Below are positions 29,347 to 38,593 of a stretch of DNA of 64,000 bases, piece after piece (within the stretch, counting starts at the first letter, position 1; each line of letters begins with the position of its first letter). The position numbers and the translations under genes are program-made. Where the stretch lies: positions 34,405 through 98,404 of the forward strand of contig CAWKAR010000022.1 in the NCBI GenBank assembly GCA_963847625.1, given 5' to 3'. The notes under the pieces were generated by a model. That model did not search any database and was not told the origin of the DNA. It was given only the letters and a program-made list of their open reading frames with translations. This DNA is from a candidate division FCPU426 bacterium (GTDB lineage: Bacteria; Oederibacteriota; Muellerivitia; Muellerivitales; Muellerivitaceae).

Positions 29347-30663
29347 TCAAGGCCGAATGATTGCGAATTTCACCGGTTTCGTCTTGTAGGTTCCGGAAAT
29401 CGAGGTCATTTGCAACAAGTAATAATAGATGCCGTGGGAAAAACCCGAGATATCCAGAGTTTCGGTGTTAGGTCCCGTAAGACCCTGGAATGAGTAAGTG
29501 GCCGCCAATCCTAAGCTGACGTTATAAATAGATACCTGGACCACCCCGGTTTCACACAAGGTGAAGGATAATGATAAATTCGGCTCGCTGACGGGGTTAG
29601 GATAGACGTAAGTCCCGAGGATGCCTTGGCAATGGCTTGGGGTCGGCGTCGAGGTGGGGGTGGGGGTAGATGTCAAGGGTGTCAGGGTGCCGGTGGGGGT
29701 GAGGGTCGGTTCCCACCCGCAACCTTGATAAACCGACACGGGACCACCGTTCACATTGCTCACGAAAACATTGCCGGATTTATTGACTGCCACTCCCCAG
29801 ACAACCGGTGTAGTATAAGTTGTTAATTGCGACCAATCCGGGCTGTATTTTTGGATGAAATTGCCCTGTGAAAATCCGTTATTATTAGATCCCCCCACGT
29901 AAAAATTTCCCGCCAGATCTGTTCTCATGCCAGATGGATAAGGCGGAACCGCCACCACAATGGGAGTGGGATTCGCCACAGTCGTGTCGAATTTTACGAT
30001 TGCGCCGCCATAAGTACTCGTCGCGTACAGATCATTCCCTACTTTGACAAGGGCATTAGTCCCCATAAGAATCCCAGGGCCCCCGTAGGTGGCTGTCGCC
30101 GAATAGGTGGTTCCGCTTCCGGTATATTGGTAAATATAATTCTGGGGGATTGCGGGCGTGGGAGGAGGGAGCGCGGGTATATAGACGTTCTGCTGCGAAA
30201 CACTCCCCGCTATATCTTCCACCCAAACCCCAGTGGCGCTGACGCCGGCGGCGATCGGTCCAAGATAATTGTAACCCGAATCGAATTTTTCAACCGCCGC
30301 AACCTCAAAATCCGCCACGTAAATATTTCCAAATCTGTCAACCGCCACGTCCCAGGGGTATTGGAAAGTGACAGGGTCTCCGGGTAAAGGAAAGACAGTG
30401 ACGGGGCTGAAGGTGTTGCTGTCAAATACCTGTACCACAAAGTGGGGAAAATCCGTGACGTAAAGGCGGTTTCTGGCATAATCGACAACCATACCGGCGG
30501 GCCCGCTCAATGGGTGGCCAGGGAGGCCTGTAATTTCAGTCAAGCCCTGGCAGAAAATGGAAGCAGGACAAAAAGGGGTGGAAGTTGCGGCTTGGGAAAA
30601 TCCTGATTGAGGCAATGCCCCCAAGATCAAGCCTAGAAGAATGGCCGTTTTGGTCTTTTCCAA
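29347..30663 (-). CDS. Secreted NHL beta-propeller protein with Thr/Pro linker and T9SS type-A-like C-terminal domain (module 1)
   Basis: Signal peptide; NHL-like repeats (PWDVAVDRFGNIYVAD); TPTPT linker; YVYPNP...VSIYN...GIYYY...KFAIIR tail. Confidence 0.78.
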   Translation of the reverse strand: MEKTKTAILLGLILGALPQSGFSQAATSTPFCPASIFCQGLTEITGLPGHPLSGPAGMVVDYARNRLYVTDFPHFVVQVFDSNTFSPVTVFPLPGDPVTFQYPWDVAVDRFGNIYVADFEVAAVEKFDSGYNYLGPIAAGVSATGVWVEDIAGSVSQQNVYIPALPPPTPAIPQNYIYQYTGSGTTYSATATYGGPGILMGTNALVKVGNDLYATSTYGGAIVKFDTTVANPTPIVVAVPPYPSGMRTDLAGNFYVGGSNNNGFSQGNFIQKYSPDWSQLTTYTTPVVWGVAVNKSGNVFVSNVNGGPVSVYQGCGWEPTLTPTGTLTPLTSTPTPTSTPTPSHCQGILGTYVYPNPVSEPNLSLSFTLCETGVVQVSIYNVSLGLAATYSFQGLTGPNTETLDISGFSHGIYYYLLQMTSISGTYKTKPVKFAIIRP

Positions 30664-30772
30664 TGATCAGATCCCTTACCGGTATTTCTTCCCTGATTTT
30701 AGTGGCCACCACTAAAGATGCCAGAAAAACTTTGCCGATTTTCCGGCAGACCTGGCTCGGAAGGTCATCGAA

Positions 30773-31786
30773 TTAATCGCCGAATATGACTTCCCTGGAT
30801 TGGATATTTCCCCCCGCATCCAACGTCACAGTATAGGTCCCGGGAGTAACGAGTTTTCCGTTATCGCCCCTTCCGTCCCAGCTGATGAAATTATTGCCTT
30901 CCTTGAAAACCCCGTTGAACAAAAACCTGATCAAATTCCCGGAGGCATTATAAATTTTGACCTCGCCCTGCAGGGAATTTGCCATCGGGAAGGACATGAT
31001 AACGGGAAACCCCTCGTCGGTGTGGATCTGGAGCACGGATCCTGTCGTGGGGGGGGGCCCTGCGGAAGGAGTCTGGAAAACCAATAACGAGTTGTTCGAG
31101 CTGGTCCCGGCTCCTTGGGAAGGCAAGGAAGGAGAATTTAACTTCGCGACAAGGACGCTTCCGACGATTCCATTGTCCAAGGGGGCCGCCATGGAATGAT
31201 TGGCACTACCCATTTCCCGGTAACCGGTGATTTTGCTTTTCAAGGTTGTTTTGGCCTTGGCCTTTAGCCGGGCCTTCATTCCACTCAAAACGTGATGTTT
31301 TACCTTCCTCACAGCCGTTTTTTTAATGATTGGAGTGAAGTTTGCGGTTTTCTGGACCTGCTCGGCGGTTTTCTGAATCGTACCGCTTTGATCCAATCCA
31401 GTGACAGCGGAATTCATTCCCGTTACGGCTGGACTGGTTACAGGTAGGTCGCTGGTGGCCTTCGAGGACGTATTGATCCGGAATCCGACATAAAGCAGGC
31501 CCACTACAGCGGCTATGATAAGGAGGGGCCGGAACGACCTGAAAAAGGACATCCAGGGGGAAGGTTTATACTGTTCCCAAATCGCGTCGATCTTGCTGTC
31601 CAGGTGCGAAGCGATGTCATCGATTCGCATGCCGGGGGCCGTCCCTAGCCTTTCCGCGACAGACTGAGTCACCTTTTCGGAGAATTTGGGGTCCTTTTTC
31701 ATGAGCTCGTCGAAAGCGGCTTGAGCCTCTTCCGTAAAGGATCCGTCTAGATAAATTTGGAGCAAATTGTCGGGTGTGAATTTCAT
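30773..31786 (-). CDS. Putative anti-sigma factor with single TM and C-terminal FlgD-Ig-like domain (module 1)
   Basis: N-terminal LLQIYLDGSFTEE helix, one TM, low-complexity linker, VKIYNASGNLIRFL...WDGRGDNGKLVTPGTY; ATGA overlap with the sigma gene. Confidence 0.75.
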   Translation of the reverse strand: MKFTPDNLLQIYLDGSFTEEAQAAFDELMKKDPKFSEKVTQSVAERLGTAPGMRIDDIASHLDSKIDAIWEQYKPSPWMSFFRSFRPLLIIAAVVGLLYVGFRINTSSKATSDLPVTSPAVTGMNSAVTGLDQSGTIQKTAEQVQKTANFTPIIKKTAVRKVKHHVLSGMKARLKAKAKTTLKSKITGYREMGSANHSMAAPLDNGIVGSVLVAKLNSPSLPSQGAGTSSNNSLLVFQTPSAGPPPTTGSVLQIHTDEGFPVIMSFPMANSLQGEVKIYNASGNLIRFLFNGVFKEGNNFISWDGRGDNGKLVTPGTYTVTLDAGGNIQSREVIFGD

Positions 31787-32340
31787 ATTTTAATCTCCTC
31801 CCCCTTGGGAAGTCTCTCACGGACCCGCTCGATAATTTTATTTCGGGCCCGGTATAATGTTGAAGTCACGGTACCTATGGGAATCCTGAGGCGATTGGCG
31901 ATGGCCTCGTAGGACAACCCCTTGAGATCCCGAAGGTTGACTATTTCTTTCTCACGGCCTTCCAGGTTCTCTATTTCCCGCCTCACCAGCTGTACCGTTT
32001 CTTCGGTGTAAGGGGGCTTCTGATCTATAGACGGCAAACTCGAAAAAAAATCCAAAGAAAATGGTAAATTTTTTTTCTTTTGTTCCAATAGGTCCCGGCA
32101 CAGGTTGACGGCGATATGGTTCAGCCAGGTCCCCAGGGAACACTCAAAACGGAAAAAACGCAGGTTTTTCAGGGCTTTTATGAAGGTATCCTGGATAACA
32201 TCCTCTACATCGGCGTCTTCCCCCAGGAAATACCAGCATGCGCGAATAAGGGCTTTTTTATAGGAATGATAAATGGCTTGGAAAGCCAGTTGATCACCCT
32301 TCAATACCTGGTTGACAAGATCGCGTTCGGTCTGGGCCAA
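31783..32340 (-). CDS. ECF sigma factor (module 1)
   Basis: DVEDVIQDTFIKA, LGTWLNHIAVNLCRD, GLSYEAIANRLRIPIGTVTSTLYRAR; TTG at 32340 with AAGGA SD. Confidence 0.93.
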   Translation of the reverse strand: MAQTERDLVNQVLKGDQLAFQAIYHSYKKALIRACWYFLGEDADVEDVIQDTFIKALKNLRFFRFECSLGTWLNHIAVNLCRDLLEQKKKNLPFSLDFFSSLPSIDQKPPYTEETVQLVRREIENLEGREKEIVNLRDLKGLSYEAIANRLRIPIGTVTSTLYRARNKIIERVRERLPKGEEIKI

Positions 32341-32593
32341 TGGATATTCCTTAAAAAACCCCAAAATTAGGTTAATTTTACGGCAATAAAACGGACCTAA
32401 AGAGGCCATTCCTTTAAGAACAAGGGTTTATTATTAAAAAAGGAATTGAATACCTTGTTTATAATAGAAATAGGCGATATCAATGTGGCCAAATTATACA
32501 TGATTCGGGTTATCTTTAAACTTCCTAAAATAGTCAATAATCCTGAGGTGGCAATGGGGGGGCAGGCTTCTTTTCCCTTAAAAAGGGGGTGGG

Positions 32594-32998
32594 TTATGAA
32601 CCGGATCCAACGCCAAGCTGGGTCAACACCTTTAGGCTATGGCTTGCGGCGGCCACGACTCGGGCGTTTATGGCGAATGCCGCTTTGGCGATGAGCATTT
32701 GGACCATTTCCGACGCCAGGTCGACATCCAAAGAATAGAAAAGACCCCCGGGTAAAAGATCAGAGTCCGGTGAACCTGCGGTTCCTTCAAGGCTTCCTGG
32801 TCCCACTTCCCCGTACTGTATCCCTTCCCTTCCGGCAACTCCCTGGACATTCGCAGGCAAGGCGGATTCCTGGTTCATGACTTCCGAAAATGGGACCTCC
32901 AAAGCGGAAGAAATCCTCACTCCGAGAGTATCCATCAGGGTGCTGTTGGATTGAAGCCCCGCTAATCCGTTTTCTAAAGCTGATAATCCCATTTCCAT
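32594..32998 (-). CDS. Short flagellar basal-body rod/hook-like protein (Flg_bbr_C terminal domain)
   Basis: C-terminal SLDVDLASEMVQMLIAKAAFAINARVV; N-terminal ALENGLAGLQ helix; start at 32998 or 32992 after an AGAGAGGA SD. Confidence 0.72.
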   Translation of the reverse strand: MEMGLSALENGLAGLQSNSTLMDTLGVRISSALEVPFSEVMNQESALPANVQGVAGREGIQYGEVGPGSLEGTAGSPDSDLLPGGLFYSLDVDLASEMVQMLIAKAAFAINARVVAAASHSLKVLTQLGVGSGS

Positions 32999-33011
32999 TC
33001 CTCTCTCTTTA

Positions 33012-33038
33012 TTAACGGCAAATTTATCGAAAACATGA
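33012..33038 (-). promoter_or_regulatory. Sigma28 (FliA)-like promoter
   Basis: TCATGTTT-N11-GCCGTTAA versus consensus TAAAGTTT-N11-GCCGATAA, directly upstream of the rod-like gene. Confidence 0.6.
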
Positions 33039-33092
33039 GTTATTTTTTTGGATGAGATATTTTGAAATAGGAGACCTATCGGCGGGAACTTC

Positions 33093-34298
33093 CTAAAAGA
33101 AATAAGCGTTGACCGACAAGCCCGCGTCAAAGCCGGAAAAATCCACCGAGGCCCAACTGTCCCCGCTGGGAACCTTGTCGGTCGGTTCCAGTACCAAGGC
33201 GCCTTTGAGGGTTTTATAGAGTCCGGCGGTTCCCGACCAAAGAGAAGGATTATTGCTGCTGGAAATCGTCGCGTTTCCCGTCAGCCCTGAAAAGGAGGCG
33301 TATCGCCCCCGGAGGGATAATTCGAGGCCGAATCCCGGTGAGAGCATCCACTCGTATCCCAACGCGCCGCTGAGGCAAAAACTGCCGGCCGTAAAATCCA
33401 GGGGCCCTTCGGTAAAGTCGTAGGGTGAGACGATGATCAATTGCCCGAAATAATTGACTACGGCTAAACCATATCCCGCCGCCGCCTTGAGGAAAAACCG
33501 GCCGTCTTTCTGGTTCCAAAAATGGTAATAGGCCAGTTCGGCCGAGAACAGGCTCGGCGCGGCGTCCTGGGCGAAATTATAAGTCACCGAATTACCTGAA
33601 ATGGTCGTCACCGCGAGGCCTTCCCCGGCGAAGGAAGTAAACTGGCCCCACGAAAAATCCAGGGCCAACCCGTTGGAAGGGTCCAAGAACGTGCCCCCCT
33701 CCAGGGTAAAAAGAGCCCCATCGTTACCCGCGTCGGCCTTGGCCACCGCCCGGTAAGTCTTGTGCCAGGCTGAAATGGCCTGGTTGAAATCACCCATGGC
33801 CCCGTAGGCGTAACCCCCGTATGTTTTCACCCAAAGCTTAGTGTCCGAAATTGGGTGGGATGGAATCGCCGTGGTTTCCTGGGTTTTTCTGCCCGCGTTC
33901 TCTTGATCCTGATCTCCTTTGGATCCAACCGTCTCCCCTTCGGAAGCGGCTGTTGGGGCAGAAACAGCTTCCGGATTCCCGGCCCCCAATTGGTCGGCGA
34001 ACTGCCGGAGCGAGGGATTATCCGGATGGATTTCCAGGCTCTTTCGGGCGGCCTGCAAAGCTTGGCTGTCTTTTTGAAGGCCGTGGTAGGACTTGGCCAT
34101 CACTTGGTAAACCTGCCAAAGGTCCGGCTTGATTTTCAGGGCGTTTTGGCAGAACTGGATGGCCTGGTCGTATTGGGCTTTTTCAAGGGCGTTCACCGCG
34201 GCGGCGTAGTATTGGCTGTAGGTCGTGGCATTTCCCTTGGAAAAGGAAAAAAGAAAGGGAAAAAGAAAAAGAAGGATTAGGAATTTATTCCACATCAT
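33093..34298 (-). CDS. Exported TPR + outer-membrane beta-barrel-like protein
   Basis: Signal peptide, TPR helices ending PDNPSLRQF, linker, amphipathic strands, terminal DFSGFDAGLSVNAYFF; start trimmed from 34364 to ATG 34298. Confidence 0.72.
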   Translation of the reverse strand: MMWNKFLILLFLFPFLFSFSKGNATTYSQYYAAAVNALEKAQYDQAIQFCQNALKIKPDLWQVYQVMAKSYHGLQKDSQALQAARKSLEIHPDNPSLRQFADQLGAGNPEAVSAPTAASEGETVGSKGDQDQENAGRKTQETTAIPSHPISDTKLWVKTYGGYAYGAMGDFNQAISAWHKTYRAVAKADAGNDGALFTLEGGTFLDPSNGLALDFSWGQFTSFAGEGLAVTTISGNSVTYNFAQDAAPSLFSAELAYYHFWNQKDGRFFLKAAAGYGLAVVNYFGQLIIVSPYDFTEGPLDFTAGSFCLSGALGYEWMLSPGFGLELSLRGRYASFSGLTGNATISSSNNPSLWSGTAGLYKTLKGALVLEPTDKVPSGDSWASVDFSGFDAGLSVNAYFF

Positions 34299-34381
34299 TC
34301 GCCTTCCAAATGATAAAAGCCGGTTTCCTAGGAAAAAGAAAACCGGCTTTTGTTGGAACCACATTCAAATCGGACAATCTG

Positions 34382-34867
34382 CTAATTAATGGCGGCCTCA
34401 GCCTTCATGCGGTACTGAGGCCCAACGCGCACGAGGCCCTTGCAGCTGGGCGCCCCGCACTGGCATTTGAACTCGTAGGACCAGTTCCCCACGTCGTCGG
34501 TTTCCGTGTAGTCCCAGCTGATTTCCTCGCCCGTGGAAATATCCCGGCAGGCCACCAAAACCACCCCGTTCACGACCTTTGAACTTGGTTCACAGGAATG
34601 GTTGACGAAACAGAGGGGATCGCAACCGTTCTCGTAATCGTGGAGCATGATGAAACCGGGGTAAATATACATGGCGTGGTCAATGTTCAGCTTTTCCTCG
34701 GGAACGACGCGGGAGAGTGATTCAATTGATTCCTCGGGTACCACGATCCCCCCGAACACCCCGATGACGTCGCCTTCCTTGATATCCCTGACCGCGTAAA
34801 CCCCTTTGCCTTCCATCCCGCTTTGCCTTACTTCCACTGCTTCGCTGACCCAAGGCTTTATTTTCAT
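34382..34867 (-). CDS. SET-domain protein (putative lysine methyltransferase) with post-SET zinc motif
   Basis: GKGVYA, FVNHSCEP, RDISTGEEISWDY, CQCGAPSCKG. Confidence 0.9.
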   Translation of the reverse strand: MKIKPWVSEAVEVRQSGMEGKGVYAVRDIKEGDVIGVFGGIVVPEESIESLSRVVPEEKLNIDHAMYIYPGFIMLHDYENGCDPLCFVNHSCEPSSKVVNGVVLVACRDISTGEEISWDYTETDDVGNWSYEFKCQCGAPSCKGLVRVGPQYRMKAEAAIN

Positions 34868-35120
34868 TTGTCCTTGTCTAACCGTCCTTTGTAACAGATT
34901 GAGGGTTTCCCCGCCGGCCGGGCGGGGTCCCTATATATGGGGGTGATTTTATCGCAAACCCCCCGGCGGTTCATCGGTTCTTTGGGATTTTTTTAGGGGG
35001 TTTTTAAAGGGCTTTTGCCCAAGGAGAGGTCCCCCAGGGGGGCAGAGAGGATGAAGGCTTGACCCGCCTGGGTGGCCTGAGAAACCCGTTATCGGCTTGG
35101 AGAACGAAGAGATAAAAGCC

Positions 35121-35194
35121 ACTGTGGGTTAACGACCCCGTATACAGGGTTACGGCACCTTATACTGGGTAACGCCTTCGTTTACCGGGTTGCG
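35121..35194. repeat. Imperfect 20-bp tandem direct repeats
   Basis: TATACAGGGTTACG (35141), TATACTGGGTAACG (35161), TTTACCGGGTTGCG (35181), plus a degenerate copy near 35121. Confidence 0.7.
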
Positions 35195-35234
35195 AGCCCA
35201 TGCCGCCAGGAATTCGGCTAGGGAATAATTCGGG

Positions 35235-35993
35235 TCAATTGATAAGCGGATCTTTCAATCCAGCTTCCTTGAAACCCTTGGCGCGAAGCAGGCAGGAATC
35301 GCACTTACCACATGGTATCCATTCCCCATAAGAATGGACACGGCCAATTCGCGCGCCTCGGCTTGTAGCCTTGGCGCTAGGCCCGTTCCCCTTAGGCTTG
35401 GGGTCGTAACAGGAATGGGTAAGGCTGTAATCCACCTTTAACTTTTGCCCAGCCCTGATGATTTGGGCCTTGGTCATGCGGATCAAGGGAGTGTGGATTT
35501 TGAGTTTCCCCTTCCCTTCCACCCCCTTCTTGGTGGCCAATTTGGCGAGTTTTTCAAAGGCCCGGATGAACTCCGGCCGGCAGTCGGGATATCCGCTGTA
35601 ATCCAGGGCGTTCACGCCGATGAAGAGATGCTCCGCGCCCAAGACCTCGGCCCAGGCCATGGCCAACGCCAGGAATACCGTGTTGCGGGCAGGAACGTAA
35701 GTGGAAGGAATTCCCTTCCCCATGGCCCGGAGGCTCCTTTGCTTGGGAACCTTGATCTTCCGATCCGTCAGGGACGAACCACCAATAGAAGTGAGCGGGA
35801 CATCCAACACCAGGTGTTTCTTCACCCCATAGGCCTTGGACACCCTCCGGGCGGCCTTCAGCTCAGCATGATGCCTCTGGCCGTAAAAAAGGGACAGCGC
35901 GTAGGGTTCAAATCCCTGTTTTTTCGCCAGGGCCAGGCAGGTCGTGGAGTCCAGGCCCCCGGAAACCAATACCACGGCCTTCTTTTTTTCCAT
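35235..35993 (-). CDS. queC: 7-cyano-7-deazaguanine synthase QueC
   Basis: [39 protein letters not shown]. Confidence 0.97.
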   Translation of the reverse strand: MEKKKAVVLVSGGLDSTTCLALAKKQGFEPYALSLFYGQRHHAELKAARRVSKAYGVKKHLVLDVPLTSIGGSSLTDRKIKVPKQRSLRAMGKGIPSTYVPARNTVFLALAMAWAEVLGAEHLFIGVNALDYSGYPDCRPEFIRAFEKLAKLATKKGVEGKGKLKIHTPLIRMTKAQIIRAGQKLKVDYSLTHSCYDPKPKGNGPSAKATSRGARIGRVHSYGEWIPCGKCDSCLLRAKGFKEAGLKDPLIN

Positions 35994-36039
35994 TCAGTAT
36001 CCCCTTGGTTGGCCATCAGCTATCCGCTACCCACTGCCT

Positions 36040-36702
36040 TTATTTTCCTTTTTTATCATTCGGCCAAACATACTTGTGCATTTGCAACTGGAACCTCACG
36101 GGCAACCGATCCGCTGTGATCCATTCGGCCAAGTCTGATGATTTGAGACTCTTATAAACGGGTGAAAAGAGAAGAGTGTTCTTCCCGGCCAATCCCCGCC
36201 CGATAACCACCCACTTCGCCCATTCGTAGTCCGCCTTGTCCCGGATGACGAATTTAATCTCATCCTGGCCCGGCACCAGTTTTTCGAGGTTTTCCAAAAG
36301 GTTCCTTAATTCCATGCCGGAACCGGGGCACTTGAGATCCATGATTTTGACAACTCGCCTGGGTACCCTACCCACATCCACCGCCCCGCTGGTTTCAAGA
36401 AGCACCTGGTAGCCCTTTTGGAGGAGGGCTTCCATCAAGGGATAAACGCCCTCCTGTTCGAGTGGTTCCCCGCCCGTGATTTCAACCAATTTGATTCCAT
36501 AGGATTCAACCTGAGTCAGGATTTCTTCCGGGTTCCGGTCCTGCCCCTCGTAAAAGGCGTAGGCCGTGTCGCACCATACGCACCTCAGGGAACACCCGGT
36601 CAGCCGCACGAAGACGCAGGGAAGCCCCGCCCAGGTGGATTCTCCCTGGAGGCTCAAATAAATTTCATTGATTTTCACGCGGATTGCGGATGGTACGGCC
36701 AT
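36040..36702 (-). CDS. queE: 7-carboxy-7-deazaguanine synthase QueE (radical SAM)
   Basis: SLQGE, RLTGCSLRCVWCDT, TGGEPL, LETSG, QLQMHK. Confidence 0.96.
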   Translation of the reverse strand: MAVPSAIRVKINEIYLSLQGESTWAGLPCVFVRLTGCSLRCVWCDTAYAFYEGQDRNPEEILTQVESYGIKLVEITGGEPLEQEGVYPLMEALLQKGYQVLLETSGAVDVGRVPRRVVKIMDLKCPGSGMELRNLLENLEKLVPGQDEIKFVIRDKADYEWAKWVVIGRGLAGKNTLLFSPVYKSLKSSDLAEWITADRLPVRFQLQMHKYVWPNDKKGK

Positions 36703-36705
36703 GGA

Positions 36706-37224
36706 TTAAAAAACCAGGCCCTGGATGGCCAGCTTGCCGCCCTTGCCCGCCAGTGCTCGCACGTAGATCTTTCCGGAGCGCAGGTTGGCCAGTTCGCTTT
36801 TCCGTTTTTCGCTGAAGTAATACTTCTCAATGCCGAATGTCACCGCGTTATTGTAAAACCATTCGCCCACCACCCAAACGCCCTCCCCGGTTTTCAGGTC
36901 GGAGGGAGGAGGCACCTGGCACCGGACGGCCTGCCAGAGCGTGTATTCGATACCGCCGACATTGACCTGTCCGCCCGCCTTGAGCAATACTCCGATTTGC
37001 GCCGCCCGGCCGGGCTCGGGTTTGGGGAACCCCAGAAGCTGTTCCACCTGCGCGATCTTATACTTCAATTGCAGGTACTGGCCCGAAATCAAGTCGCGCG
37101 GATCCACGGGCAATGTCTCCAGCAATACGACCTGCCCGGAAGCCTTTATCCACTCCTCGTAACCGACCCAAGCCGAGAAAAAAAGGATTTGGACGAGAAG
37201 CGTCCACCGGACCCAGCTTTTCAT
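36706..37224 (-). CDS. GDYXXLXY-domain membrane-anchored protein
   Basis: N-terminal TM, PVDPRDLISGQYLQLKY, FGIEKYY. Confidence 0.88.
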   Translation of the reverse strand: MKSWVRWTLLVQILFFSAWVGYEEWIKASGQVVLLETLPVDPRDLISGQYLQLKYKIAQVEQLLGFPKPEPGRAAQIGVLLKAGGQVNVGGIEYTLWQAVRCQVPPPSDLKTGEGVWVVGEWFYNNAVTFGIEKYYFSEKRKSELANLRSGKIYVRALAGKGGKLAIQGLVF

Positions 37225-38593
37225 GGCTTCCCCCTTCCCGCGGCGGCCAGCAGCTTTTTACGGCCCTGGTTCAAAAGCCAGGCCGACCCGACGAAAAAGA
37301 GCCCCGCCACGATAAAGGCGACCCCGCTTTGGAGCATGGTCCCGAAATAATCGATGAACCTCGTGAAAACCAAGAGGCCAATGAGCATAATCGCCCAGTT
37401 GATTCTCTTGGGTTGTTTCAGGATGACGGCTTCCCGGATCAGCCAAAGGGCGAAACCCAAATAAGCCAGGTTGGCGGTGACGGAAGCGGTTTTCCCATCC
37501 ACCCCGGCCATGAGAAGGAGCCCCAAAATACCGGGCGCCAGGATGAATAATTTTAGGGCACGGATCATCAAAGCGGAGGAAACGGTTTTCGACAGGTCCA
37601 TGAATCCCATCAAGAGGGTGCCGGCCAGCAAAAGGACCATGGCCGAAACACCCGAAAACATCGAACCTCTTTCGTACGGCGAATCACCATGCCAGAGGAA
37701 TGTGATCGAATAAAGGCACGCGAAGGCGAGGAAAAACCCCCAGCCTTCCCAGGGATGTTGCTCTAGGCGAAAAGCGCCCCTGAGTCCCCAGAAAAGGGCC
37801 AGGATGGCGCCGGCAACGGTAAAGTGCACGATTCCTTCGGACCAGAAAGGGGTGTGGGAAAAAAGAGGGCCCAAAGGAATACCAACAGGCAAAGAAGAAT
37901 CAGCAAGCGCCCTTTGTCGCCCAGGTATTTCCTGGCCTGATAAACCGTGTAGGTCCAGAACAAGGCAACTATCAAAAAAGCCGGGCCGTAATCCTGGAGG
38001 AACTGGGGGGAAGTGCCTTCCCAGCCCGTGAATCGCCAGGATAAGCCCGGGCACTCCATCGCGAACCAGGTTCCTTGCGCGTAGGTGCCCTGGAAGGCGG
38101 CCCAGACAAGGCCGATAGTATGGAGTAAAATCAGAGGCCTGTTTCCAGTGGCCAAAACCAGGGGAAGACCCAACAAAAGCCAAATCAACAAAGGCTTCAA
38201 GGGATCACCGGACAATTGGTAAATCTGGGCCCAGAGCCCGATACCCGCCAGTGGCAGCATGAGCCAAAGGATGAGAAGGGCCGTGCGGACGGTTTTGTTT
38301 TCTGCGGGCACCCGCTGGTAGCCCTCCCCGGCCAGGGCCAGCAGGACCAGGAATCCGGCTATCTTGATAAAAGCGGGTATTTTCTCCCAGTTGTAGGAAA
38401 TCACCAGGATGATACCCAGGGCCACGCAAAGGCCGCCCAAGGCGGTCAAGAGCATCGAGGCGTTGAAGGCGTAGGTCCCCGATTCCTTTTTTGTTTTTTC
38501 AAGGATGGCTTCGGCTTGTTGGGAAGTGATGAGTTTTTCCTTCGCCCATTCCCCAACCTTTTTTTCAAGCCATTTTTCTTCCCGAAACTTCAT
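37221..38593 (-). CDS. DUF2157-family membrane protein, frameshifted near 37859-37864
   Basis: W...LITSQQAEAI, LGGLCVALGIILVISYNW, IGLWAQIYQ; continues in another frame (FSHTPFW...FTRFIDYFGTMLQSG) if one base is added to the A6 run. Confidence 0.82.

Noticed and set aside
34283..34291. Third GGAATAAAT match (minus strand)
   Set aside because: Lies inside a CDS and lacks the ACACTATA block at the right distance.
35121..35194. Mini-CRISPR reading of the 20-bp repeats
   Set aside because: Period too short, repeats degenerate, no spacers of normal length.
35235..36702. queC/queE as a Dpd or QatABCD-type defence or DNA-modification island
   Set aside because: Both look like canonical housekeeping enzymes; no dpdA, ATPase or TatD-like partners nearby.
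36418..37350. 310-aa plus-strand ORF and other long antisense ORFs (e.g. 5587-6402, 23276-24199, 62428-63402)
   Set aside because: They overlap well-supported genes on the opposite strand and have no motifs; expected in GC-rich coding DNA.
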